The notes: generated by a model from the sequence alone, not told the origin. 59,200 bases of DNA from Patescibacteria group bacterium (GCA_034678605.1 JAXDBQ010000020.1:1-59200); one strand, 5' to 3'; shown: positions 48,086-57,562, numbered from the stretch's first letter. Numbers and translations: made by a program.

Positions 48086-50001
48086 ATCGGATTCACCGCA
48101 TTCTTGATGCTTTCGACGCTTTCGGGATTGGCCAGGGTGGATAGGTCGCCCAATTCCTCCTTGGTGAACGCTTTGCGCAAAATACGGCGCATTATCTTGC
48201 CCGAACGGGTTTTGGGCAGGTCGCTCACGATAAAAACCTCGTGCGGCGTGGCGATCGGCCCGATGCCGGACCTAATCGCGGCGATTACTTTCTCCTTCAA
48301 TCCGGCGGTATCGGCCGGGTTTTTGGCCACCACGAACGCCACCGGCACTTCGCCCTTGATCTCGTCCACCACGCCCACCACCGCGCATTCGGCCACGGCC
48401 GGTTCATGACAAGCCGCGCTTTCCAACTCACCCGTGGTCAACCGATGGCCGGCCACTTTGATCATGTCATCGGCCCGACCCACCACGCGCAACAAGCCAT
48501 GCTTGTCGCGCACGCCCAAATCACCGGAAAAATAATATTTGTTTTGGTATTGGCTCCAATAAGTATCAACAAATTTTTGCTCATTGCCCCAAACCCCGTG
48601 CAGCAAACTAGGGCAAAACGGCGGCACCAGCACCACGCTGCCTTCCTGGCCGGCTTTGCAAACTTTGCCGGCCTCGTCAACAACTCTTATCCGGATTCCC
48701 GGCAACGGCAAGCCCGTATGCGCCGGTTTGAACGGCCCGATGCCCGGCAAAGACGTCGCAATTATCCCCCCGGTTTCGGTCTGCCACCAGGTATCAAGGA
48801 TGGGGCACCGCTTTTTGCCCACTTCGGCAAAATACCAATTCCAGGCCTTTTCGCTGATCGGCTCGCCCACTGAGCCCAAAACCTCCAGCGTCTTCATCGA
48901 ATAGGGCTTCAAGATCTCCGTGCCGTTCTTCATGAACATCCGGATGGCCGTGGGCGCGGTATAGAACACGGTTACCCCGTATTTGTCGATCACATTGGCC
49001 CAGCGGTCCGGATTGGGATAATCCGGCAAGCCCTCAAACATAATAAACGTCGCGCCATTCAAAAGCGGCCCATAACAAGAATAAGTGTGCCCGGTGACCC
49101 AGCCGATATCAGCCGTGGACCAGAAGATATCATCGTCGGTGAGATCGAATATCCATTTATCGCTGGCATAGGCCGATACCATATAACCGCCGCATGTATG
49201 CAAGGCACCCTTGGGCTTGCCCGTGGATCCGCTGGTGTACAGAATGAACATCGGGTCCTCGGCATCCATGGTTACGGCCGCGCATTCGTCGGATTCGCCG
49301 CGAATTATCTGATCATACCAAATATCGCGCGCTTCGGTCCAGGCAACCTCGTTTCCGGCATGCTTAATGACCACGGTTTTTTGCACCCCGGTATCAATCA
49401 AACCCTCATCGGCCTGTTTTTTCAAATCCACGACTTTGCCCCGCCGGAAATACCCGTCGCAAGTAATCAACACCTTGGCGCCGGCATCCTGCAAACGCAC
49501 TTGCAGCGCCTGGGCGGAAAATGCCGAAAACACCACCGAATGCACCGCGCCGATGCGCGCGCAAGCAAGCATCGAAACTACCACTTCGGGAATCATCGGC
49601 AAGTACACTCCCACCCGATCGCCTTTCTTGACCCCTAATTTTTTGAGCGCGTTGGCGAATTTGTTCACGCGGCGATAAAGATCATAATAAGTGATCATTT
49701 GCGCCGGCTGAGCCGAATCATCGGCCTCCCAAATGATGGCCACCTTGTTTTTGCGTGTGCTTAAATGCCGATCCAAGCAATTCTCGGTGATGTTTAATTT
49801 TCCGCCCGCAAACCATTTGATATGCGGCGGATTATCAACATAGGCCTTGTTCCATTTTTTACGCCAAAGTAATTCCTTGGCCGCCGCCTCCCAAAACTTC
49901 ACCGGATTTTTCTCGGCAACCGTGTAAACGCTTTTCGCCTTCAACCACGCGCGCTTTTTTGCCACCGCGTCCGGCCAATAAAGTTCCCCTTTTTTTATCA
50001 T
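48082..50001 (-). CDS. acs: Acetate--CoA ligase (AMP-forming)
   Basis: GGKLNITENCLDRH, FILYTSGSTGKPKG, WSTADIGWVTGHTY, GSVGEPI, DTWWQTETG, LPKTRSGKIMRR. Confidence 0.96.
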   Translation of the reverse strand: MIKKGELYWPDAVAKKRAWLKAKSVYTVAEKNPVKFWEAAAKELLWRKKWNKAYVDNPPHIKWFAGGKLNITENCLDRHLSTRKNKVAIIWEADDSAQPAQMITYYDLYRRVNKFANALKKLGVKKGDRVGVYLPMIPEVVVSMLACARIGAVHSVVFSAFSAQALQVRLQDAGAKVLITCDGYFRRGKVVDLKKQADEGLIDTGVQKTVVIKHAGNEVAWTEARDIWYDQIIRGESDECAAVTMDAEDPMFILYTSGSTGKPKGALHTCGGYMVSAYASDKWIFDLTDDDIFWSTADIGWVTGHTYSCYGPLLNGATFIMFEGLPDYPNPDRWANVIDKYGVTVFYTAPTAIRMFMKNGTEILKPYSMKTLEVLGSVGEPISEKAWNWYFAEVGKKRCPILDTWWQTETGGIIATSLPGIGPFKPAHTGLPLPGIRIRVVDEAGKVCKAGQEGSVVLVPPFCPSLLHGVWGNEQKFVDTYWSQYQNKYYFSGDLGVRDKHGLLRVVGRADDMIKVAGHRLTTGELESAACHEPAVAECAVVGVVDEIKGEVPVAFVVAKNPADTAGLKEKVIAAIRSGIGPIATPHEVFIVSDLPKTRSGKIMRRILRKAFTKEELGDLSTLANPESVESIKNAVNPI

Positions 50002-50222
50002 AGTTTTTTATTTTTTTAATAATGATTTCCCTCAAAAATTATTCAATTATTCCAAATAAGGCACACATCCCCATTGACCCGGCCGCATTGTGCGCCCCTC
50101 GGAGCAAAAAATCTCGCCTCTTTGATCAATAAAAATAATATAAACCGCGAATATAACAAAAACAACCATTAAATAAATCAATATATTTTTCGTGCTTATT
50201 TTTTTCCATTTTTAAATTATTT

Positions 50223-51227
50223 TTAATTCCCGGATTCCAAATAATTTCGCACCGCGCGGTCAAAATCGGAAACAAATTTTTTGTCCGCGGCGGCTTTGAA
50301 TTTTGAAAACTCGGTATCCGCTTTTATCTGCGCCTCTTCCATGCTCACATTGCCCGCGTTTTTCAAAACCCCTTTGCCCAAAATCTTTAAATACTCATCC
50401 AATTTAACGATCCAATCAGCCATTTTCATCGGATTTTGGCTCTGCGCCTGGATTTCCGCGAAAGAAAGATACGCGTCAACAATGCGATTAAGATTTTGAA
50501 GTTCGTTTTCCTTTAAATAATTTTTAGCGATATAAATGTCGCGTTTGATGAAATTGTCTCCGGGAAAATTCGTCAATCCCATATTTTGCTTTCCGCCATC
50601 CGCTCTAAACGCGATAATTTCGGACGCGGTTTTGCCGGTTACCGCGTAATGCATTTTATTCTGCACGGTTTTAAAAAAAAGATCGGTGATTTCGGCATCA
50701 TTGCGATAGTCAATGCTGGTGGCGTAAATATCGGTTACTTTTTGATATAACATCCGCTCGCTGGAACGAATATCGCGGATTCTTTGCAACAACTCCTCAA
50801 AATACCTTGACCTATGCCCGCCTTGCTTCAACCGCGCGTCGTCGAGCGCAAACCCTTTTATCATGTATTCTTTCAACCGCTCGATCGCCCATTGGCGGAA
50901 TATCAACCCACGCTCGGAATTAACCCGATAGCCCACCGCGATAATCGCATCCAGACTGTAAAATTCGATTTCGCGCCCAACATCTCTGCTACCTTCTCTC
51001 TGAACTATTCGGAATTTCCGAATAGTTGAATTTTGCTCTAATTCTCCTGTTTTAAATATATTTGACAAATGTTCATTAATGGTCGGCACATTAACATCAA
51101 AAAGCTGGGCCATCAATTTTTGCGACAGCCAAATATTTTCATCCTCAAGCCGCACTTCGACGCGCCTGGCGCCATCCGGCGTTTTATATATAATTATTTG
51201 ATTTTTCCCCTCTCTTTCTTCTGCCAT
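50223..51227 (-). CDS. RhuM-family (virulence RhuM) protein
   Basis: IIIYKT, NIWLSQKLMAQLF, INEHLSNIF, YSLDAIIAVGYRVNS, FRQWA, GFALDDARLK, RIRDIRSSER. Confidence 0.92.
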   Translation of the reverse strand: MAEEREGKNQIIIYKTPDGARRVEVRLEDENIWLSQKLMAQLFDVNVPTINEHLSNIFKTGELEQNSTIRKFRIVQREGSRDVGREIEFYSLDAIIAVGYRVNSERGLIFRQWAIERLKEYMIKGFALDDARLKQGGHRSRYFEELLQRIRDIRSSERMLYQKVTDIYATSIDYRNDAEITDLFFKTVQNKMHYAVTGKTASEIIAFRADGGKQNMGLTNFPGDNFIKRDIYIAKNYLKENELQNLNRIVDAYLSFAEIQAQSQNPMKMADWIVKLDEYLKILGKGVLKNAGNVSMEEAQIKADTEFSKFKAAADKKFVSDFDRAVRNYLESGN

Positions 51228-51265
51228 GTATTAATTACAAAATAATTTCAAATAAATATTTTTAA

Positions 51266-51328
51266 TTCAACCACGCTCGTTTTTTTTGCCGCCGCGTCCG
51301 GCCAATAAAGTTCCCCTTTTTTTATCAT
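51266..51328 (-). pseudogene. Orphan duplicate of the first ~20 codons of acs (frameshifted)
   Basis: Matches 49940-50001 with 3 substitutions and one extra A; lies 14 nt after the gapA stop. Confidence 0.93.
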
Positions 51329-51342
51329 AAATTTAATTTAAA

Positions 51343-52365
51343 TTAAATTTTATTGCCGACAAATTCGGCGAATTCGGCCAGACGGGTGGAATAACCCCAT
51401 TCGTTGTCATACCAGGCACCCACTTTCACCAAATTGCCGTTGGCCATGGTCAAGCCCGAGTCCACAACCGACGAATAGCCGCTGCCGATGTAGTCGCTGG
51501 AAACCAGCGGCGCGGTTTCGAACGCCATGATGCCTTTGAGCGGCTTTTTTTGGCTGGCCTTTTCCAAGGCCGCGTTCACTTCCTCGACGGTTGTTTCCCG
51601 CTCCAGCTCGCACACCAAATCCACGATCGAGCCGGTGGGCACGGGCACGCGCAAGGCGATGCCGTCCAATTTGCCTTTTAACTCGGGAATGACCTTGCCG
51701 ATAGTCTTGGCCGCGCCGGTGCTTGTCGGGATGATGTTCAATCCGGCCGCCCGGGAACGGCGCAAATCCTTGTGCGGCAAATCAAGGATTTTTTGATCGT
51801 TGGTATAGGCGTGCACCGTGATCATAAAACCTTTGACAATACCGAAATTTTCATTCAAAACCTTGGCCACCGGCGCCAAGCAATTGGTGGTGCAGGAGCC
51901 CATGTCCACAATATTATCCTTGGCCGAGTCATAATTGTCGGCGTTGATGCCCGGCAAATAGGACGGAATTCTATCGGCATCTTTTGCCGGTGCCGAGATC
52001 ACCACTTTTTTGCCGCCCGCGATCAAATGCTTGGCCGCGTCGTCATATTTGGTGAACCTGCCGGTACATTCCAAAACCACATCCACGCCATATTTTTTCC
52101 ACGGCAAATCATGCGGTTCGGCAAGCGCGGCCACCGCGACTCGCGTCATGGATTTCTTGCCGCGAATTACAATTTCTTTTTCCGCCGCCTCGATTTCCTT
52201 GTCCCAACGGCCATAAATCGAATCATATTTCAATAAATGTGCCAGCACTTTGGGTTCGGTAAGATCGTTTACCGCCACCATATCCAATTCCGGATGCTTG
52301 TCAATGATTATTTTCAAAACATGCCGGCCGATCCGGCCAAGGCCATTGATCGCGATTTTAACCAT
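51343..52365 (-). CDS. gapA: Glyceraldehyde-3-phosphate dehydrogenase, type I
   Basis: IAINGLGRIGR, VLECTG, SCTTNCLAP, TVHAYT, NIIPTSTGAAK, RVPVPTGS, WYDNEWGY. Confidence 0.98.
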   Translation of the reverse strand: MVKIAINGLGRIGRHVLKIIIDKHPELDMVAVNDLTEPKVLAHLLKYDSIYGRWDKEIEAAEKEIVIRGKKSMTRVAVAALAEPHDLPWKKYGVDVVLECTGRFTKYDDAAKHLIAGGKKVVISAPAKDADRIPSYLPGINADNYDSAKDNIVDMGSCTTNCLAPVAKVLNENFGIVKGFMITVHAYTNDQKILDLPHKDLRRSRAAGLNIIPTSTGAAKTIGKVIPELKGKLDGIALRVPVPTGSIVDLVCELERETTVEEVNAALEKASQKKPLKGIMAFETAPLVSSDYIGSGYSSVVDSGLTMANGNLVKVGAWYDNEWGYSTRLAEFAEFVGNKI

Positions 52366-52520
52366 AAAAATTAAATTCGAATATCGAATATCGAAATCCG
52401 AAACAATATCAAATTTCGAATTTTCAAAAACAAAAAATAAACCAAAATTCCGTTTTGAAAATTTAAATTTTGAAAATTCGTGCTTGTTTTGGATTTCGAT
52501 ATTCGTGCTTCGAATTTTTT
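52366..52520. repeat. Palindromic TTCGAAT/TTCGATA-type heptamer element
   Basis: AAATTCGAATATCGAATATCGAAATCCGAAAC...GGATTTCGATATTCGTGCTTCGAATTT; a related element lies at about 10745-10905. Confidence 0.75.
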
Positions 52521-52573
52521 AACACTTAGCAAAACTGGCGCGATTAAACGCGTCAGTTTGGTGTTGCAAAACC

Positions 52574-52804
52574 CTACTTTATCCCCAGTGTTTGATCGAT
52601 TTCGGCTTTGTCGAATCCCACGATGATCTTGCCGTCGATATTGGCCACCGGCACGCCCATCTGGCCGGACAATTCGATCATTTCGTCGCGCTCGGTTTCG
52701 TTTTCCGAAACATCGACATCGACAAATTCGATCTTTTTGCTTTTCAAATAGTCCTTAAGCGTCACGCAATAAGGGCAATAAGGCGTGGAATAAATTTTTA
52801 TCAT
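52574..52804 (-). CDS. Glutaredoxin (NrdH-like)
   Basis: YSTPYCPYC, SGQMGVP, IIVGFD. Confidence 0.92.
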   Translation of the reverse strand: MIKIYSTPYCPYCVTLKDYLKSKKIEFVDVDVSENETERDEMIELSGQMGVPVANIDGKIIVGFDKAEIDQTLGIK

Positions 52805-52889
52805 AATTTATGATTTACCCGGCTTCTTTTTTTAGATTCTGAATTTTAACTTCCAGTTTCTAACTTCTAAATTCTATATTCTGCCCGGA

Positions 52890-53954
52890 CTATCCGCCGC
52901 ACGACGCGCTGTCCGCGCCCGACGCGGCCGCGGCGGCGCCAAATCCCGTGGACGGCTGGTCGCCGGAAAGTTCGGTTTTGCATTCTTCAGGCTCGGTGTT
53001 AAACGCCGCGCAAATCAACTTTTTGAACGCTTCGGGCGAACGAGCCGAGAGCAAATCCGACGCGTCGCTGTCGTTGATCACCACCGTGGGCGAGCCCTGC
53101 ACTCCGTATTTTGTGTTTAAATCGTCATTGACCGCGAATTTCGGAAATTGGCCGCTCACCCAAGTGTTTTTGTCGTTAAAATCGGCAGTAATCTTGAATT
53201 CTTTGTCCGTGGCCGCCACGCAGGCCTTGAGTTTGGCTTGATCAATCTGCGCGCCGGTCAAACATTTGGCATATTCGGCCGTGCCATCACTGCCGGTTTC
53301 GGCTATCGTGAAGCATTTCAGATAATCAGCCAGTTTGTCGCCCTGCTCTTTTTGAATGCAATATTGCCGCAAATTTTCATCGATCTCAACCTTGCCATGC
53401 ATCGCGTAATTAACAAAGTAAATTCCCATCGTGGCTTTGTCCTTCAACAGATCATAGACCGGCAAATACATCTTTTGCGCCTGCAAGCCATAGGGGCAAT
53501 AACTCATCACGAAGACCTTGACATCGGGCTTGTCGGATTTCACCACTTCGGCGGCGGCTTTCTCTTCCTCCAATTTTTTGTCCAAAACGATTGCTTGCGG
53601 AATGCCTTCGGCAAAAAACAACGCGCCGTCTTTGGTCACATAAGCGGAATAATCATTGCCCTGCACCGTCAATTTGAACGCATACAACCCGTTTTCGCTT
53701 TTAACATCTTTCCATGAGGCGGTGATCCCCTCCGAAAGCATATTTTCGTTGACATATTTGATCGCTTTTTCGGCCGCGGCTTCGGCTTTGATTATTTTTG
53801 ATCCCAAATATTTTTCGGGAATTATTTTGCCCGGATTGAAATAAACCACTGCCGCCAATGCCGCGAACAACGCCAGCCCCGCAACCGGGATCAAAATATT
53901 CTTGGACGCCTTCATTTTTTGCACCGCGCTCTTCACTTTCTCGTTTACCGCCAT
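52890..53954 (-). CDS. Membrane-anchored thioredoxin-fold (DsbA-like) protein
   Basis: N-terminal TM helix, FVMSYCPYG, GVQGSPTVVIN cis-Pro motif. Confidence 0.75.
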   Translation of the reverse strand: MAVNEKVKSAVQKMKASKNILIPVAGLALFAALAAVVYFNPGKIIPEKYLGSKIIKAEAAAEKAIKYVNENMLSEGITASWKDVKSENGLYAFKLTVQGNDYSAYVTKDGALFFAEGIPQAIVLDKKLEEEKAAAEVVKSDKPDVKVFVMSYCPYGLQAQKMYLPVYDLLKDKATMGIYFVNYAMHGKVEIDENLRQYCIQKEQGDKLADYLKCFTIAETGSDGTAEYAKCLTGAQIDQAKLKACVAATDKEFKITADFNDKNTWVSGQFPKFAVNDDLNTKYGVQGSPTVVINDSDASDLLSARSPEAFKKLICAAFNTEPEECKTELSGDQPSTGFGAAAAASGADSASCGG

Positions 53955-54034
53955 ATTTTTTTATTATTTATTTTTTTCAAACAAATTAAATATACCACAA
54001 ACTTTTTGGGTTGCAATGTTGACAAAACCGGCAA

Positions 54035-54256
54035 TCACATGGCCAAATCGCGGGTGGCCAAATTCAAATCGATCAATAAATTTTTCAAATCGATGCGGTA
54101 ATTGGCGCAAATATCTTTCAACGTCAAGCCGGTCATCTCCATCTTGGCCATCGGGCAACCCAAACACGGCACCCGGTATTTGAGCAAAATCTTTTCGGCT
54201 TCGGAAAACTCCAAAACCTCCTGCAACGTCGAATCCTCGGTGAATTCCATCTTCAA
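54035..54256 (-). CDS. DUF1858-type small redox/disulfide protein
   Basis: TLQEVLE...ILLKYRVPCLGCP...TLKDIC...LLIDLN. Confidence 0.8.
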   Translation of the reverse strand: MKMEFTEDSTLQEVLEFSEAEKILLKYRVPCLGCPMAKMEMTGLTLKDICANYRIDLKNLLIDLNLATRDLAM

Positions 54257-54353
54257 TAATTCGTGATTTAAGATTTAGGATTTATGATTTATGATTTTGG
54301 AATTCATTCTTAAATCATAAATCTTTATTCTTAAATCAGGACGATTGCTTAAA

Positions 54354-54851
54354 CTAATTATTTTTTCTAATCAATGCAAACGCAAGAATACTGCCAAAGA
54401 TTGCCGTAACCAATTGGGGCCAGCCCATCATTGAGGCCAACGCCAAAGTTATTTTTCCATGAGTGAGCGCTGCCAGAACAACATTGGCGCTCAAAACCAA
54501 AATCCCGAATTTGGCCAGCGCCGCGATTCCGGCGGCCAACGCGTAATTTTGGTTTTTCAACAGCGAAAACACGCCCGCCAGCGCGATATTTCCCGCCATG
54601 ATAAACGGCACCATTGGCGCCATGGCCGCCGGCAAAGTTCCCGCCGCCAGCGCGATCAAACTCGGCACCACGGCCACAACCGCCGCCGCCCGGAATCCAA
54701 CCAGCATCACCGCGCTGAACAACGCCGCGTTCACGATCGTTCCCGTCACCAACTGCTGATGGAACAACGGCGCAACCACCGCCGCGCCCGCCAACGCCAG
54801 CGTCAAAACCGCCTCTTTATTTAAAACCAATGCCTTGATATTGTTTTTCAT
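54354..54851 (-). CDS. Polytopic membrane protein, ECF transporter S-component-like
   Basis: Five to six hydrophobic helices, QQLVTGTIVNA, PFIMAGN, PQLVTA. Confidence 0.65.
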   Translation of the reverse strand: MKNNIKALVLNKEAVLTLALAGAAVVAPLFHQQLVTGTIVNAALFSAVMLVGFRAAAVVAVVPSLIALAAGTLPAAMAPMVPFIMAGNIALAGVFSLLKNQNYALAAGIAALAKFGILVLSANVVLAALTHGKITLALASMMGWPQLVTAIFGSILAFALIRKNN

Positions 54852-54864
54852 ATGTTTATATTGT

Positions 54865-55212
54865 TTAAATTATAGACGCCGTAACCAACAACAATAGCAG
54901 TAAATAGATTATAAAACCAACAATTGATAAAAACAAACCGACGATGGCTGGAATTTTGAATTTAGAAAAAATCCCGACAACACCGATAACCGCTCCAATT
55001 ACTGGAATAATCCAACCATGTCTGCCATAAGCAAGAATAACAAATCCGACGCCGATAGCACCAGGTCCGCAATCAATCGCTTCGCAATTTTTATAATCTA
55101 AAATCATCCAGGCAACGATTATTAAATTTATTACTCCAATAAATAAAGAGACAAATGCCGAACTATTTTTTGTCCAACGCCAAACTTTCATTAACGTTCG
55201 GTTTGTTTCCAT
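54865..55212 (-). CDS. Hypothetical membrane protein
   Basis: Four hydrophobic segments, AT-rich; starts 1 nt after the hydA stop (METNRT). Confidence 0.65.
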   Translation of the reverse strand: METNRTLMKVWRWTKNSSAFVSLFIGVINLIIVAWMILDYKNCEAIDCGPGAIGVGFVILAYGRHGWIIPVIGAVIGVVGIFSKFKIPAIVGLFLSIVGFIIYLLLLLLVTASII

Positions 55213-55213
55213 G

Positions 55214-56959
55214 TTATTTTTCAATTTTACTTTTTGGTTTTTGGGTATAGCGCGTGTGCAGGGTGGCGTGGAGCGCGTGCTCGTCGCCGCTAAAATGGTC
55301 ATAGACCTCTTTCACCGCCGGGCTTTCGTGGGCAAAGCGGATTTTTTGCTCGCAATCGTCTTGATACAACCCCGCGGCCCGTTTTTTGCGGATTTCGTCG
55401 TCCACGGGCAAAGGATTGCCGCCGCCGCCGATGCAGCCGCCCGGGCAGGCCATAATCTCGATATAATCGTAGGCGCGCGGATCTTTGGCCAGATCGTCAA
55501 GAATTATTTTAGCATTTTCCATACCATTGGCAATTCCCACTTTCAATTTTATACCGTTGATCTCCACCACTGCTTTTTTAAAACCGATAATTCCCCTCAC
55601 ATTCTCGCACTCCACTTTTTCCAAATTTTTGCCGGTGATCAGCCAAACCGCGGTGCGCGTGGCCGCTTCGGTCACGCCGCCGGTGGCGCCAAAGATCGTA
55701 CCCGCGCCGGTATAGACGCCGAACGGATCGTCGGCCGCGCCTTCGGCCATATTTTTCAAATCAATTTTATTCTTTTGCAACAACCGCGCCAACTCGCGCG
55801 TCGTTAGGACATAATCAATCGGATTCAAGCCATTAACTTTTTCCTCAGGCTTGGAAACATCATATTTTTTAGCCGTGCAGGGCATCACCGACACCACGAT
55901 GATATCTTCGGGCTTGACATTGTTTTTTTGCGCCCAATAGGTCTTGATCAGCGCGCCCAGCATATTTTGCGGCGATTTGGCCGTGGTGATATTCGGGATC
56001 AGATCGGGCCGGAAAAACTCGATATAGCGCATCCACGCCGGACAGCAAGAAGTGAACATCGGCAGAGGCAGATTATTTTTAACTCTATCCACCAATTCCT
56101 TGGCTTCTTCCACCGTGGTCAAGTCCGCGGCCATATTCACGTCAAACACTTTGTCAAATCCCAACTGCTTCAACGCGGCCGCCAGTTTGCCGGTGACATT
56201 GGCGCCATATTCCATGCCGAACAACTCCCCGATGGTCACGCGGATCGACGGCGCGAATTGAACGATCAAAGTTTTTTCTTTTCTATCCTTTAAAAGCGCG
56301 TCGATCTCCTCTGCCGGACTTTCCGAATCCAGCGCGCCCACCGGGCAATGCACAACGCACTGGCCGCAATAGATGCAATCTTTTTTTGGATCGGCCGACG
56401 GCTCGATATGAATATCCTTGCCTTGGTCGGAAATTTCCAAAAATCCATCGCTTTTCATTTCCGTGTCCGTGCCCCGCCGCGACCCCGTCTGGCGCGCGCA
56501 CATATCCACGCAATTGCGGCACTCGACGCATTTCGACCGGTCCAAAACGATCGGCCCGAACTTGGTGATATCCGGTTCGGGCTTGCGCAATTTAACGCCG
56601 GCCAGATCGGCCTTGAATTGCGCCGAATATTTTAACAACGCGCATTTTCCCTGCCAAATGCACTGCGGGCAGTTGCGGCGGTGTTCGCCCAAAATCAACT
56701 CCAAATTGGTTTTGCGCAACGCGGCCAAATTGTCGCTTTGCGTTTTCACGACCATGCCGTCTTTGGCCTTGGTCGAACATGCCGTAACCGGCGCGGCAAT
56801 CCCCTCGACTTCAACCAAGCATAACCGGCAATTGGCCTTCACGCACAGGTCCGGATGATAGCAAAGCGCCGGAATTTCAATTTCATTTTCCCGCGCCGCC
56901 TCCAGCACCGTCTGCCCTTCCTTTACCTGAATTTCCCTCCCGTCAATTGTTATTTTCAT
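55214..56959 (-). CDS. hydA: [FeFe]-hydrogenase catalytic subunit, group A (NADH-dependent type)
   Basis: N-terminal 2Fe-2S motif (C-YHPDL-CxxxxxCRLC), HxxxCxxCxxxxxC, two 4Fe-4S motifs (CVECRNC, CIYCGQC); H-cluster motifs FTSCCPAW, MPCTAKKYD, EIMACPGGCIGGGG. Confidence 0.93.
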   Translation of the reverse strand: MKITIDGREIQVKEGQTVLEAARENEIEIPALCYHPDLCVKANCRLCLVEVEGIAAPVTACSTKAKDGMVVKTQSDNLAALRKTNLELILGEHRRNCPQCIWQGKCALLKYSAQFKADLAGVKLRKPEPDITKFGPIVLDRSKCVECRNCVDMCARQTGSRRGTDTEMKSDGFLEISDQGKDIHIEPSADPKKDCIYCGQCVVHCPVGALDSESPAEEIDALLKDRKEKTLIVQFAPSIRVTIGELFGMEYGANVTGKLAAALKQLGFDKVFDVNMAADLTTVEEAKELVDRVKNNLPLPMFTSCCPAWMRYIEFFRPDLIPNITTAKSPQNMLGALIKTYWAQKNNVKPEDIIVVSVMPCTAKKYDVSKPEEKVNGLNPIDYVLTTRELARLLQKNKIDLKNMAEGAADDPFGVYTGAGTIFGATGGVTEAATRTAVWLITGKNLEKVECENVRGIIGFKKAVVEINGIKLKVGIANGMENAKIILDDLAKDPRAYDYIEIMACPGGCIGGGGNPLPVDDEIRKKRAAGLYQDDCEQKIRFAHESPAVKEVYDHFSGDEHALHATLHTRYTQKPKSKIEK

Positions 56960-57034
56960 AATTTTTCTTACTTACTTGACAAAATAGATTGATAAGATAA
57001 ACTTATAATACAATCACGAGCGGAAAAAACAACC

Positions 57035-57562
57035 CTATGAGGTTTCGTCCTTATGGGGCTTTTTCTTTTTTGGAATATACGCCAACTTCTTTTTCAAATC
57101 ATTCATAAATCTCAAAAAAATCCGGCAAATTTTAAATTTTAAAAGTGCGGAAAATTGGAATTTATTTGGAATCATTATTGCCAAAAGTTTTTCATTTTCT
57201 ATTAAATATTTAATCAAACAATAGAAATCGCCATCGCCGGTAACAATAAGCGCTTTGTCATAATTTCGATATTCAATCATTGACCATAATACCAATTCGG
57301 CGTCGCAATTTCCTTTGGTTGACCCATCATTATGTTTTAATGTCGGCTTAAAGATACAGACAAAACCGGCATTCTGTAAAAAAGCATACAAATCATTGTT
57401 CCCCTCAACATATCCAATAAATAAAAATGCTTTCGATACTCCATATTTTTCTTTTAAATAAACTCTAAATTTCGCGAAATCCAAACGCCATCCAAGCGAT
57501 TGCACGCTCAAATTTACATTTTGGCTGTCAATAAACGCATAATTGTTTTCCTTGGATCTCAT
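57035..57562 (-). CDS. NYN (LabA/DUF88) domain RNase
   Basis: AFIDSQNVN, KGNCDAELV, IVTGDGDF. ATGA overlap with the upstream flavoprotein gene. Confidence 0.92.
   Translation of the reverse strand: MRSKENNYAFIDSQNVNLSVQSLGWRLDFAKFRVYLKEKYGVSKAFLFIGYVEGNNDLYAFLQNAGFVCIFKPTLKHNDGSTKGNCDAELVLWSMIEYRNYDKALIVTGDGDFYCLIKYLIENEKLLAIMIPNKFQFSALLKFKICRIFLRFMNDLKKKLAYIPKKKKPHKDETS

Noticed and set aside
56960-57034. Gene-end duplication flanking the second NYN gene
   Set aside because: No copy of the nuoF-like 3' end or hydA 5' end was found. None was found around the MNT-HEPN pair or the ORF after gyrB either, so the duplication pattern is not universal.
57035-57066. GGACGAAAC on the minus strand suggesting a hammerhead ribozyme
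   Set aside because: The CUGAnGA core is missing, and the segment folds as a simple hairpin.
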